From a virus: a DNA stretch of 64,000 nt. The notes under the pieces were generated by a model, which saw nothing but the letters and a program-made list of their open reading frames with translations, ran no database searches and had not been told where the DNA came from. The position numbers and the translations under genes are program-made. Numbering within the stretch: position 1 is the stretch's first letter; the number at the start of each line of letters is the position of its first letter. Below are positions 19,305 to 27,900 of this stretch, one piece after another. Location of the stretch: the IMG/VR virus record IMGVR_UViG_3300010413_000021, positions 6,649 through 70,648 of that record; one strand, written 5' to 3'.

Positions 19305-20702
19305 CTACGCCCTACTAATAAATGGTCTGGCACCACTCAGCTTGCTGTATGCGCCACTGCTGGCGTCCACCTGATCATCGTGCTCTGAGTCGGGGAACAT
19401 CTCATGTTCGTCAACGTAATCACGATTCCATTCTGCCCTCAGCAAGTAAACCCTGCCTGCGTTCTGCACCTGGCTCCAAGGCACAGCTCTAGTGCGTTTG
19501 CTGCCAGTAGGCTTGTCACCACGAAAGGGGAAACCGGGCAGCACATGGTTGAGGTAGTGGTATATAACCTGCTTGCCGCTTGCACCTGGTTCCTGCTCTC
19601 CATAGATATGAGGATTGTATTTGTCTTTGTAATCTTTTTCTGCTGTTTCCCTTACTCTTTCCTCTGTTCGGCCTGGGTTAAGCCTAAATCTTTCCTGGTG
19701 TGCTACGTAGTATTCACCTGTTCTTGTGTAGCCTATCAATGCACCTACCGTCCAGTCCGGCTCTGTATCCTCTTTTGTTTTTTCTGTTGCTGCGAAGTCC
19801 CAATACCTTACCCAATGTCTCCAATAGTTAGTATTAGACTGGTGTTCCGGCAGTTTGTTAGTATATCGCCATTTGTCTTTTTCAAACATGCCGCCGTCAA
19901 CCGCTATTTCCCAATCACCTTCGAGTAACTGCTGCACAACGATTGCCGAGTCCATCTGCATTAAGCTGTCCCGGTATTGCTTCTGGTCTGTGTATGGGTT
20001 ATCAACTAACTTTGCGGAGATGAACACGGTTCCTTTTCTACGGGTTCTTTCGTCAATATACCGTTTCTTTACCCATGCTCCTCTGGCCCTTTGCTCCGGG
20101 GCAGGTGGGTTGCTTGTGCATCTGAATCTGAGCGGTATTTGGCTTAGTATATTTTTTTCGCTTTTCTGTGATGGTTTGGTTAGTCGGCTGAACAGATAGA
20201 GGGCTTGGTCTTTTCTGATCTGCACCGCTTCATCAATTCCAACAAACTGATACTCTGCTCCCTGATGGTGGAAATGGTCATCTGGGCCGTCAAGGTATGC
20301 AAAACTAAGTTGAGCCTTTGATGGGAAAGTAAATCGCTTGTCTGTCTCTGACCAATGCACATCTTTGTGACAAAATAACCATTCTTTTGCCCTTGGTATT
20401 AGTCCTTCAGGCTGGGAAAGGTCTTTGTATGTCCGTCTTACTATCACAGCAGAGTAACCAGGCACATCAACATACTGCAAAGCAGCCATGAGCAGAGCGT
20501 CCGACTTGCCTCCACGGGCAGCGCCGCCGTAAAACGCATCCTTGCATCGCAGAGTCAAAAATATCTGCTGCTTCGGTGTTGGTTGGTGCGGAATATACTT
20601 AGTCAGCCTCGGAGTTACTAATTTCCTCAAATTCGGCTTCGATTGCACCAGATTCAAGTAATACTCTAAGGGCTTCCGCTGTGTGTTCGTCTGAAGTGTC
20701 AA
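19305..20702 (-). CDS. terL: Terminase large subunit
   Basis: Walker A YGGAARGGKS, Walker B VGIDEA, TSNP, RYWDFAA and HDDQVDA nuclease motif. Confidence 0.95.
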   Translation of the reverse strand: MTLQTNTQRKPLEYYLNLVQSKPNLRKLVTPRLTKYIPHQPTPKQQIFLTLRCKDAFYGGAARGGKSDALLMAALQYVDVPGYSAVIVRRTYKDLSQPEGLIPRAKEWLFCHKDVHWSETDKRFTFPSKAQLSFAYLDGPDDHFHHQGAEYQFVGIDEAVQIRKDQALYLFSRLTKPSQKSEKNILSQIPLRFRCTSNPPAPEQRARGAWVKKRYIDERTRRKGTVFISAKLVDNPYTDQKQYRDSLMQMDSAIVVQQLLEGDWEIAVDGGMFEKDKWRYTNKLPEHQSNTNYWRHWVRYWDFAATEKTKEDTEPDWTVGALIGYTRTGEYYVAHQERFRLNPGRTEERVRETAEKDYKDKYNPHIYGEQEPGASGKQVIYHYLNHVLPGFPFRGDKPTGSKRTRAVPWSQVQNAGRVYLLRAEWNRDYVDEHEMFPDSEHDDQVDASSGAYSKLSGARPFISRA

Positions 20703-21168
20703 TTTTTACCTCTCCATGCACTTCGTGATAATTGTAGTTCGTTGATTCATGTCTTGCGTCCGTCCAGCCTGCCAGGTTCCGCATCAGTATTGCATAAACG
20801 GCGGGCTTTCCTTCCTTTGCCCACATCAGTTTTTCACCTTTTTCAATCCACTTGGTAATTGCCGCCGCCTGTCCTATTTCCATTGCCTTCGCAAATTCAG
20901 GATATTTCTTTTTCCAATTAATAAGTGTATATTCGCTGATGCCCAATTCAGCAGCTATCTGCACCTGAAACTTGCCTTCTGCCATAAGCGGAATAATCTC
21001 TTCACACAATTCAGGGCGGTATTTAGTCAACCCACCATTAGGACTTGGGTAACCAAGAAGTTTTCCTGTTCGCGTGCTTCTGATTGGCCTGCCGTTAGCC
21101 GCTTTTATTAATGCCTGGCTACTTCGTTCGTTCCTGGCTGTATTTCGTTTTTTATTACTCATCGGCAT
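20599..21168 (-). CDS. terS: Terminase small subunit
   Basis: TKYRPELCE, HTH (QIAAELGISEYTLINWKKKYPEF) and MRNLAGW motifs; directly upstream of terL. Confidence 0.8.
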   Translation of the reverse strand: MPMSNKKRNTARNERSSQALIKAANGRPIRSTRTGKLLGYPSPNGGLTKYRPELCEEIIPLMAEGKFQVQIAAELGISEYTLINWKKKYPEFAKAMEIGQAAAITKWIEKGEKLMWAKEGKPAVYAILMRNLAGWTDARHESTNYNYHEVHGEVKIDTSDEHTAEALRVLLESGAIEAEFEEISNSEAD

Positions 21169-21281
21169 CGTTCATCCCTTCAAGTAACAACTGCTCTTGC
21201 TCATCCACAACCCAAAACAACCAATCTTTCGGCTGCATATCAAGTATCATTGCACCGTGGAAATCGAAATGATCTTCGGCT

Positions 21282-21809
21282 TCAATCGTTGTTATTGGTA
21301 GTATTACTTGCATCGCTCTGTCTCAGTGATACTGCGGCTTCCGTTGACTTAGTTAGTTGCCTGAAATATTCTCCGTCCCTGCTCCACCTGATCCGCAATG
21401 TCTCCGGCTCTGCACCAGGAGTTAGTCTGATCCATTGTGACCATGCCGGACCACTGACATTTTCAGCTTCATCGTAAGCCCACATGACAGCACAAAAGTC
21501 AGTCGGCTCCGCAATACTAACTCTCCCTGTCGCCTGCCGTGCCTCTGGATCTGTGATTAGTTTTATCCCAGTCAGGTCATACGGTGGGTGCCCATCTGTG
21601 TCTTTTGCTCCACGCACAGCAAAACCAGCTACATCCTCACCGCTATGCTCCCATGTAACTTGCAATGTAATTATTTCTGCTTTGGCTGATTGTCCACAAT
21701 AAAACATAGTAACAAATAGCACAGTAATAAAACTGAAAATAAAAATCAGTCTGCGTGTTAAATTGGGATCTTCAATCATTGTCAAATACTCCGTTTGCCG
21801 GATCTTCAT
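21282..21809 (-). CDS. Exported protein with fibronectin-III-like domain
   Basis: Hydrophobic segment ending AKA/E, then LQVTW..DVAGF...AYDEAENVS. Confidence 0.5.
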   Translation of the reverse strand: MKIRQTEYLTMIEDPNLTRRLIFIFSFITVLFVTMFYCGQSAKAEIITLQVTWEHSGEDVAGFAVRGAKDTDGHPPYDLTGIKLITDPEARQATGRVSIAEPTDFCAVMWAYDEAENVSGPAWSQWIRLTPGAEPETLRIRWSRDGEYFRQLTKSTEAAVSLRQSDASNTTNNND

Positions 21810-22044
21810 CCCACTCTATCGCATCAATACTATGACCAGGATCAATCCAATCTAAAAATCTATCAACAATATAAGGAAAAGGCCGGATATACCATTTAAT
21901 TTTGCCGCCGTGTTTCAATTTTATCCGGCCTAACCTGCTGGAATAGGTTTCATCACAACCACCACCTAGCAGGGAATTAAATAATTGATCTACGGCTAGC
22001 AAAAGGTTGACAATATATCTTTTTACTTTTTGATTTTTGCCCAT
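21772..22044 (-). CDS. Conserved lysis-region phage protein
   Basis: LAVDQLFNSLLGG..DETYSSR...LDWIDPGH is a motif typical of small proteins near phage lysis genes. Confidence 0.65.
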   Translation of the reverse strand: MGKNQKVKRYIVNLLLAVDQLFNSLLGGGCDETYSSRLGRIKLKHGGKIKWYIRPFPYIVDRFLDWIDPGHSIDAIEWDEDPANGVFDND

Positions 22045-22127
22045 ATCTCAACCAGCAATTCCACCCACTTTAGCCACTTATATCGCTTCCACCACTTCTC
22101 TTTTTTCTGCTTTGGTGCATCAGACAA
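22023..22127 (-). CDS. 34-aa cationic Trp/Lys-rich peptide
   Basis: TTG start with GGGAG 7 nt upstream; translation MSDAPKQKKEKWWKRYKWLKWVELLVEIWAKIKK; fills the gap between endolysin and the next gene. Confidence 0.55.
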   Translation of the reverse strand: MSDAPKQKKEKWWKRYKWLKWVELLVEIWAKIKK

Positions 22128-22698
22128 TTTTCAACTCCCTCTCCAGATCATTAATTCTGTTAGTCCAGCCATTAATAAATTTCTCTGCCCATTCATGCTC
22201 ATTTGCCAGCATGTAATAATGCAGCCTACGTCTATCGAGCAGTGCATTGCAGATTAGTTTTTCAGTGGGCAACCGACGCCAGCCCACCTCCGCTCCGGCC
22301 TGCAATGTCTTTGGGCCTACATATCCATCTCGCTTTGCTGATACTAATCTTTGCAGCCATTTTGCCGTTCTGCTCCGGCCCACGTTCACAGCAGTATCAA
22401 ATAAAGTGATAGCAAGCCGGTCAGGAATCAGGTCGCACATCAGACGCCGCCAAAAATAACGCTCGTATAGGGAGCGTGCTTTTGTCAATGTCAAGTCCTT
22501 AATGTCTTTCCAGTTAATCACGCCGTCAGCATTTATATCAGCGTCACGGAATGGTAAATTCTTTAGGAATCTATAACTTATGCCGTAGCGGGTAGAACCG
22601 CCAGGGTCATCGGGATCATTGGACAGGGCTGCATTGCCTTCCCACTTGAGGGTAAAATCTAAAGCCCTGTCAAAGCTATTTCTGTCATTCATATGCAC
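22120..22698 (-). CDS. Endolysin, glycoside hydrolase family 108 with peptidoglycan-binding domain
   Basis: EG...NDPDDPGGSTRYGI, FDTAVNVG, DGYVGPKT and FINGWTNR motifs. Confidence 0.92.
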   Translation of the reverse strand: MHMNDRNSFDRALDFTLKWEGNAALSNDPDDPGGSTRYGISYRFLKNLPFRDADINADGVINWKDIKDLTLTKARSLYERYFWRRLMCDLIPDRLAITLFDTAVNVGRSRTAKWLQRLVSAKRDGYVGPKTLQAGAEVGWRRLPTEKLICNALLDRRRLHYYMLANEHEWAEKFINGWTNRINDLERELKIV

Positions 22699-22856
22699 TT
22701 ATCCCCATACTCTCGGGGGCTGGTGTAAATTTATGCGAAAAATCTGGCAAAAACAAGCCCTGAAAATGGCTAAAATCAGCATTTATTCTGCTAACTGCTT
22801 TTATTTTGTTATAGTTAATATATAGTAACTTTATTTTATTTTTTATTCTTTTTTTC

Positions 22857-22886
22857 TTGACTTTTGTTAGTGTTATTCCGTATTAT
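22857..22886 (+). promoter_or_regulatory. Sigma70-like promoter for the right arm
   Basis: TTGACT-N18-TATTAT preceded by a long A/T tract in the divergent intergenic region. Confidence 0.6.
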
Positions 22887-22906
22887 ATATGCAGGAGGAC
22901 GGAGAA

Positions 22907-23167
22907 ATGGAAAACACAAACCAAACAGGAGAAAGCAAGATGAACCAAGTAAAAATTGACGGGATTACTTACAACCTCATTAACAGAGAAACACCTGAAA
23001 CACACCGCCAAAACGGACGGCACAATACTGCAAAAGTATTTGAAGAAAACAGAATTGCCGCACAGCTTTACCTCCGCCGCCCTCGTGGACGAGTTCTTTA
23101 CTGTGTCAACGAATACAATGAATACAACAGCACTTTTTACGGCAGCGTTTTTTCACTTGGTAGATAA
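22907..23167 (+). CDS. Hypothetical early protein
   Basis: GGAG RBS; first ORF after the promoter. Confidence 0.6.
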   Translation: MENTNQTGESKMNQVKIDGITYNLINRETPETHRQNGRHNTAKVFEENRIAAQLYLRRPRGRVLYCVNEYNEYNSTFYGSVFSLGR

Positions 23168-23223
23168 CACCAACACACCAGCCCCTTGCTACGGCAGGGG
23201 GTTAGAGGGAAGCGAAAAGCAAA

Positions 23224-23508
23224 ATGGATAGACTAACTTTTGAACCACATGACTTGTATTTTAAAATAAGTTTAGAAGAGGCTTGCCTACCAGCCCCGAC
23301 GCCCTGCCCCTACCGCTCGGCGGTGTTCACTCATGCTATTTCCAAACTCAGCCCGGCAGCAGAGTCAATGGTGCAGTTACTTATCAATGGGCAGATGGAC
23401 AACAAAACTGCCGCTGAAAAATACTTAGTGCGGCAGGGCATCAGTTGGGGCGTGGTGCTGAAAGCCGAAGAGGAAATAATCAAAATGCTAAGGGGGATTG
23501 AGGGATGA
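23224..23508 (+). CDS. Hypothetical protein
   Basis: 94-aa ORF coupled to the next gene. Confidence 0.55.
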   Translation: MDRLTFEPHDLYFKISLEEACLPAPTPCPYRSAVFTHAISKLSPAAESMVQLLINGQMDNKTAAEKYLVRQGISWGVVLKAEEEIIKMLRGIEG

Positions 23509-23693
23509 AAAGCTGGCAAATCATGAGCAAAAACAGTGGCATTACTTATGGTATTTTTCGTGCCATAACCGCCAAAGAAGCACTTGAGACATTTGCAAAA
23601 GCAAGAAATTATGAAACCTGGAAACTGTTCTGCTCTGCTCTGAATCTGTCTACCACATATTATACTGATGGATTCAAAATCTTTATTGACTAA
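23505..23693 (+). CDS. Hypothetical protein
   Basis: ATGA overlap with the previous gene. Confidence 0.5.
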   Translation: MKSWQIMSKNSGITYGIFRAITAKEALETFAKARNYETWKLFCSALNLSTTYYTDGFKIFID

Positions 23694-23805
23694 GGAACAA
23701 AAAATGAAAAAACAATATAGCAAGCCCACTATAAAAACGGATTATATATGAAACTCTACCTAACAAAAAATTCAACTATCTTAAAAATGGAAAGGGGACA
23801 AAAAG

Positions 23806-24009
23806 ATGAGACTGCACAGACGCTGGAAATGGAGAGCAAAAGATGCTAATGGTCAATGGTTTGTATATATGGACAAACCTGAAATTGATGAAGAGGATAA
23901 TAGCTGGTTTGGAGAGCCTTATGAATGCTTAGATGATTTGTTTGAAGGCTTGCCTAAAGTTAATTGGAGAGACTCTTTAGAAGAAATACAAGCATGGCAG
24001 AGGAAATGA
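23806..24009 (+). CDS. Hypothetical protein
   Basis: 67 aa, WRAKDANGQWFVY..KP and NWRDSL. Confidence 0.6.
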   Translation: MRLHRRWKWRAKDANGQWFVYMDKPEIDEEDNSWFGEPYECLDDLFEGLPKVNWRDSLEEIQAWQRK

Positions 24010-25328
24010 AACTCTACCCATTCCAGATTGACGGGGTTAAATTCCTTGAGCAACGAAGGGGCCGAGGATTGATAGCAGATGAACCCGGCCTCGGCAAGAC
24101 TGTTCAAGCATTGGAACTGTTGCGCCGGCACTCATTCACTTTCCCCGCTGTAGTGGTATGCCCGGCTAGTGTCAAAGTTCACTGGCAACGGCACGCTGAA
24201 AATATGCTGAACGGAGCAAAGGTGCAGATGATCTCAGGGCGTTCTCCGGTTAAAATAACTGGAGACATTATTTTAGTTAATTGGGACATTCTAAAATATC
24301 ACTTATCAGCATTGCAGATCAGGGGGCATAAAACAGGGATATTTGACGAATCTCACGTCTGCCGGAATGTTTACAGCCAAAGGTCAAAGGCAATGAAAGC
24401 ACTGTGCCTGCCGTTGCCTTATGTTGTCTGTCTGTCCGGCACACCCATTGTAAACCGGCCTATCGAGTTTTGGAGGACGATCAGAGCAATAGACAGAAAA
24501 CTGTTTACTTGGGAACAATATACAAACAGATATTGTGATAATGGTTACAGATATGTGCCCGGTCAAGGATATAAAAGAGACTTGAACGGAGCAAAAAACA
24601 AACTGGAACTGCACAAAATACTAACTGACACCATCATGATCCGCAGAACCAAAGAGGAAGTTTTACCTCAACTCCCAAACAAAACCAGAGCCTTAGTGCC
24701 GATGGAAATTGACAGAACAAAATATGAGCAGGCAAAACAGGAGTTTCTTGATTGGTTGCGAGAACAGGACAAAGACAGAGACATAGCTGTTTTGGGCAAG
24801 CTGGAAAAACTCAGGCAACAGGCCATTGAAAGCAAAATGGAGCAGGTTATTGAGTGGGTTGGTGATTACAGCGGCAAGCTGGTTGTTTTTGCAACACATA
24901 CTAAGACGCTGGATATTTTACAGGAAAAGTTCAAGAATACTTGCGTGAGGATAGATGGTAAAACGCCCCAGAACAAACGGCAGGCAATAGTTGATCAGTT
25001 TCAGACTAAGGAAAGGATAAAGTTGTTTTTAGGCAACGTGCAGGCTGCCGGGGTGGGAATCACCTTGACAGCGGCATCAGCAGCAGCTTTTGTTGAGTTG
25101 CCCTGGAGCAGCACAGAACTGGATCAGGCTGAGGATCGGATTCACCGCATAGGCCAAAAAGATGCCTGCATGATTTATTATCTGTTAGCTGCCGGAACCA
25201 TAGAGGAGGAAATTGCAGAACTGCTAGACAGAAAACGGAGAACAGTCATGGCAATATTGGATGGCAAGGACGTGGAAACGGAAATCCTGCTCAGTGAACT
25301 GTTGAGCAAATATGAGGAGAAGGAATGA
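24006..25328 (+). CDS. SNF2/HARP-like helicase
   Basis: [25 protein letters not shown] and [11 protein letters not shown] motifs. Confidence 0.93.
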   Translation: MKLYPFQIDGVKFLEQRRGRGLIADEPGLGKTVQALELLRRHSFTFPAVVVCPASVKVHWQRHAENMLNGAKVQMISGRSPVKITGDIILVNWDILKYHLSALQIRGHKTGIFDESHVCRNVYSQRSKAMKALCLPLPYVVCLSGTPIVNRPIEFWRTIRAIDRKLFTWEQYTNRYCDNGYRYVPGQGYKRDLNGAKNKLELHKILTDTIMIRRTKEEVLPQLPNKTRALVPMEIDRTKYEQAKQEFLDWLREQDKDRDIAVLGKLEKLRQQAIESKMEQVIEWVGDYSGKLVVFATHTKTLDILQEKFKNTCVRIDGKTPQNKRQAIVDQFQTKERIKLFLGNVQAAGVGITLTAASAAAFVELPWSSTELDQAEDRIHRIGQKDACMIYYLLAAGTIEEEIAELLDRKRRTVMAILDGKDVETEILLSELLSKYEEKE

Positions 25329-25954
25329 TGATTACATTAAAAAGAATTGCTGGTGAAACAATAGTTGCATCTGAAGGACACCTAATCTCAATCGTAGTTG
25401 AAAATAAAGCCAATCTCAGGGGAGCCGATCTCTGGGGAGCCAATCTCTGGGGAGCCGATCTCTGGGGAGCCGATCTCAGGGGAGCCGATCTCTGTGGAGC
25501 CAATCTCTGGGGAGCCAATCTCTGTGAAGCCGATCTCAGGGGAGCCAATCTCTGTGAAGCCAATCTCAGGAGAGCTAATCTCTGTGAAGCCAATCTCAGG
25601 GGAGCCGATCTCTGGGGAGCCAATCTCAGGGGAGCCAATCTCAGGAGAGCTAATCTCTGTGGGACAGGGTTAGGAAATCCCACTGGAATACTGGAAGCCC
25701 AATGGGGTAGTTTGTCCAACAATACAACAGTTGCATTGATGCGCCTAGATGCTTCTGCACACCCAGATGGTAATCAGGCATTCCAAGCATGGGCTGATGG
25801 TGGTGCTTGTCCATATACTAATTGTCGGTTTTCTCGCGTCGCAAACTTCACTGAAAGTCGGGAATTGTGGTCGCCCGGGGCACCACCAACAATCATGGAA
25901 GCGGTAAAGATGATCCTTGATGAAAAATGCCCAGGCTGGGATAAGGAAAACTAA
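25325..25954 (+). CDS. Pentapeptide repeat protein
   Basis: 17 A(N/D)Lxx units followed by a C-terminal domain. Confidence 0.9.
   Translation: MMITLKRIAGETIVASEGHLISIVVENKANLRGADLWGANLWGADLWGADLRGADLCGANLWGANLCEADLRGANLCEANLRRANLCEANLRGADLWGANLRGANLRRANLCGTGLGNPTGILEAQWGSLSNNTTVALMRLDASAHPDGNQAFQAWADGGACPYTNCRFSRVANFTESRELWSPGAPPTIMEAVKMILDEKCPGWDKEN
25409..25663 (+). repeat. 15-bp tandem repeat, 17 units
   Basis: GCC(A/G)ATCTC(A/T)G(G/T)G(G/A)A-type units encoding the pentapeptides. Confidence 0.9.
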
Positions 25955-25956
25955 CA

Positions 25957-26202
25957 ATGCCCCGTAACCGCTTCCCGCAACGCAAACAGGAGCAGGAAAA
26001 AGACAGCAGGCCCAAACTCGGCGGGTATGCCTACAACCCACCTGATTCCTGCCCCTACAAAGAGAACTGGGCCGGTCACATGTTTGTCAATCAAACCTTG
26101 TGTGCTTTTTACTGCCAGGACATCAACTGTAAACTGTATGTTGCCCCTACCATTTCAGCTAGTGGCCGGGGCAAAGTAACCAAGAGGATGAAAGTGAGAT
26201 GA
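25957..26202 (+). CDS. Hypothetical Cys-containing protein
   Basis: 81-aa ORF with RBS. Confidence 0.55.
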   Translation: MPRNRFPQRKQEQEKDSRPKLGGYAYNPPDSCPYKENWAGHMFVNQTLCAFYCQDINCKLYVAPTISASGRGKVTKRMKVR

Positions 26203-26361
26203 AAGGTATTCCCTATTCTCTTTATGAAGCGCGCAAAGCTTCTAATCAACTTAAAGATGAATACCACAAAGAATTAATGCTCTGGCTTTGCGATAGAGTA
26301 GAACTACTTGAACAAGTGATAATAGAAAACAACATAAAAGAAGCATACAGGAGCAAACAAA

Positions 26362-26622
26362 ATGACTAAAAGAAAACCAACAGAACCAATCGCCCCTATC
26401 CCGCTTCAAGTCTGTGCCTGGTGTAAACAGAAATACAAGGGCATTACCGGGGAGTGGTTTGATGGGCCGGAACTGGTAGCCAAGGCTGAGAAGTTGGGGC
26501 AGGCAAGTCATGGGATGTGTAATGTGTGCTATGAAAAACAAAAGAACAACCCAAAAGCCCGTCCTGACTATTGGCTAGAAAGGATAAAAAATGATATTCG
26601 ACGCGGAAAGGTTTCTGACTGA
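26362..26622 (+). CDS. Small Zn-finger-like protein
   Basis: CAWC...SHGMCNVC motif. Confidence 0.6.
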   Translation: MTKRKPTEPIAPIPLQVCAWCKQKYKGITGEWFDGPELVAKAEKLGQASHGMCNVCYEKQKNNPKARPDYWLERIKNDIRRGKVSD

Positions 26623-27508
26623 TTACAACTTGCCAATAGGCCGGGCAGGGGAAGCCCCAAACGTAGGGGAAGGGTGGGTAGGCACTCACTGCCCGTTTTG
26701 CCGGGATAACAATTTCCATTTGGGTTTCTGTATCACTGAGAATAGACCACCTAAATGCTGGAGGTGTGGTGTGCATGATAGAGAAGCAACAATATTTGCC
26801 TTGCTCCCTCCCTGCGGAGTAGTAGAAGCAGGTCAAATACAGAGAAAGTATCTAACAGGACAAAAAACCCGCACACAGCCCCGCAGACCACGTTACAAGG
26901 GGCACCGGGCAGGGGAGCTGAAACCACCTAGCGGGATTCAGAATCTAACTATGCCACACTTTGAATACCTACACAAGCGGGGATTCATGGCAGGAATGAT
27001 TGAATATAATTGGAACATCAAATCCACCGGGCACATCGGCCCGTATGCTCACCGCATCTATATCCCTGTTCACCATAACGGGCAGCTAGTTAGTTACCAG
27101 TGCCGGACGATTGCCAACCTGCCCCACGTGCCCCGATACAAATCCTGTAAAAGCACAGACGAACTCAGGCCACTCAAGCATTGTCTTTATGGGCTGGACA
27201 AGGTAGAGGGGGAAAGTTGCGTTGTGGTAGAAGGGCCGATGGATGTATGGCGGCTGGGGCCGGGGGCAGTGGGCACGTTCGGCACCGGGGTAAGTGCAAC
27301 ACAACTGATCCTGCTGCGGCGGTTCAGGCAGGTGACTTTTATCCCTGACAATGATGAACACGGAGCAGGGTTGCAATCCGCTGTTGATGCCGCTAACGTC
27401 TTGGCCTTGAGCGGAGTGGAAACTTACATTGAGGAGATTGATGCTGCTGACCCGGCCGAGATGGAGCAGGGGGAAGCTAACGAGTTGATGAGGAGGATAT
27501 TGGGGTGA
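26591..27508 (+). CDS. DNA primase (Zn finger + TOPRIM)
   Basis: CPFC...CWRC, VVEGPMD, PDND and ADPA motifs. Confidence 0.88.
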   Translation: MIFDAERFLTDYNLPIGRAGEAPNVGEGWVGTHCPFCRDNNFHLGFCITENRPPKCWRCGVHDREATIFALLPPCGVVEAGQIQRKYLTGQKTRTQPRRPRYKGHRAGELKPPSGIQNLTMPHFEYLHKRGFMAGMIEYNWNIKSTGHIGPYAHRIYIPVHHNGQLVSYQCRTIANLPHVPRYKSCKSTDELRPLKHCLYGLDKVEGESCVVVEGPMDVWRLGPGAVGTFGTGVSATQLILLRRFRQVTFIPDNDEHGAGLQSAVDAANVLALSGVETYIEEIDAADPAEMEQGEANELMRRILG

Positions 27509-27723
27509 AAATATGTCAATATTGTAATTCTCAAATTTTAACCGTCAAATATAAAAACCAACTCATACAAGAACCCCGTTGTATCATATGTCATCAGCAT
27601 ATACTATACTATGGAGGAAAACAAAGTCTAGCTCATAAAATAGCTGAACAAACCATAGAGCAGCAGAAAGAGACTGAAAAAATAGTATCCAAATTACTGG
27701 AAAGAACAGGACTGAAAAAATAA
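27505..27723 (+). CDS. Small Zn-finger-like protein
   Basis: CQYC...CIIC. Confidence 0.5.
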   Translation: MKICQYCNSQILTVKYKNQLIQEPRCIICHQHILYYGGKQSLAHKIAEQTIEQQKETEKIVSKLLERTGLKK

Positions 27724-27736
27724 TTGAAAAAAACGC

Positions 27737-27764
27737 TTGACTTTATTTTGAAAATGCCTATACT
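27737..27764 (+). promoter_or_regulatory. Sigma70-like promoter upstream of the initiator gene
   Basis: TTGACT-N16-TATACT in the intergenic region. Confidence 0.55.
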
Positions 27765-27900
27765 TATTCTTGGAGGCTGAAACATTGCCTTTTAGGGACT
27801 GCTTATGGCGCGTGAGCAGAAGCCGGATGGCCCGAAGGCGGGTGCCTTTTCCACCCGCACTTCCCTCTTTCTTTTAACCTGAAAAGGAGGTTGTCATGCC

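Noticed and set aside
23182-23201. Hairpin CCCCTTGC-TACG-GCAGGGGG as an intrinsic terminator
   Set aside because: No U-tract follows; function unsupported.
25409-25663. Possible CRISPR array or DGR repeat
   Set aside because: Contiguous coding repeats without spacers; no cas or reverse transcriptase gene seen.
25291-25722. Alternative-frame repeat ORFs (PISGE repeats on plus, RLAPQ repeats on minus)
   Set aside because: By-products of the stop-free 15-bp repeat of the pentapeptide gene.
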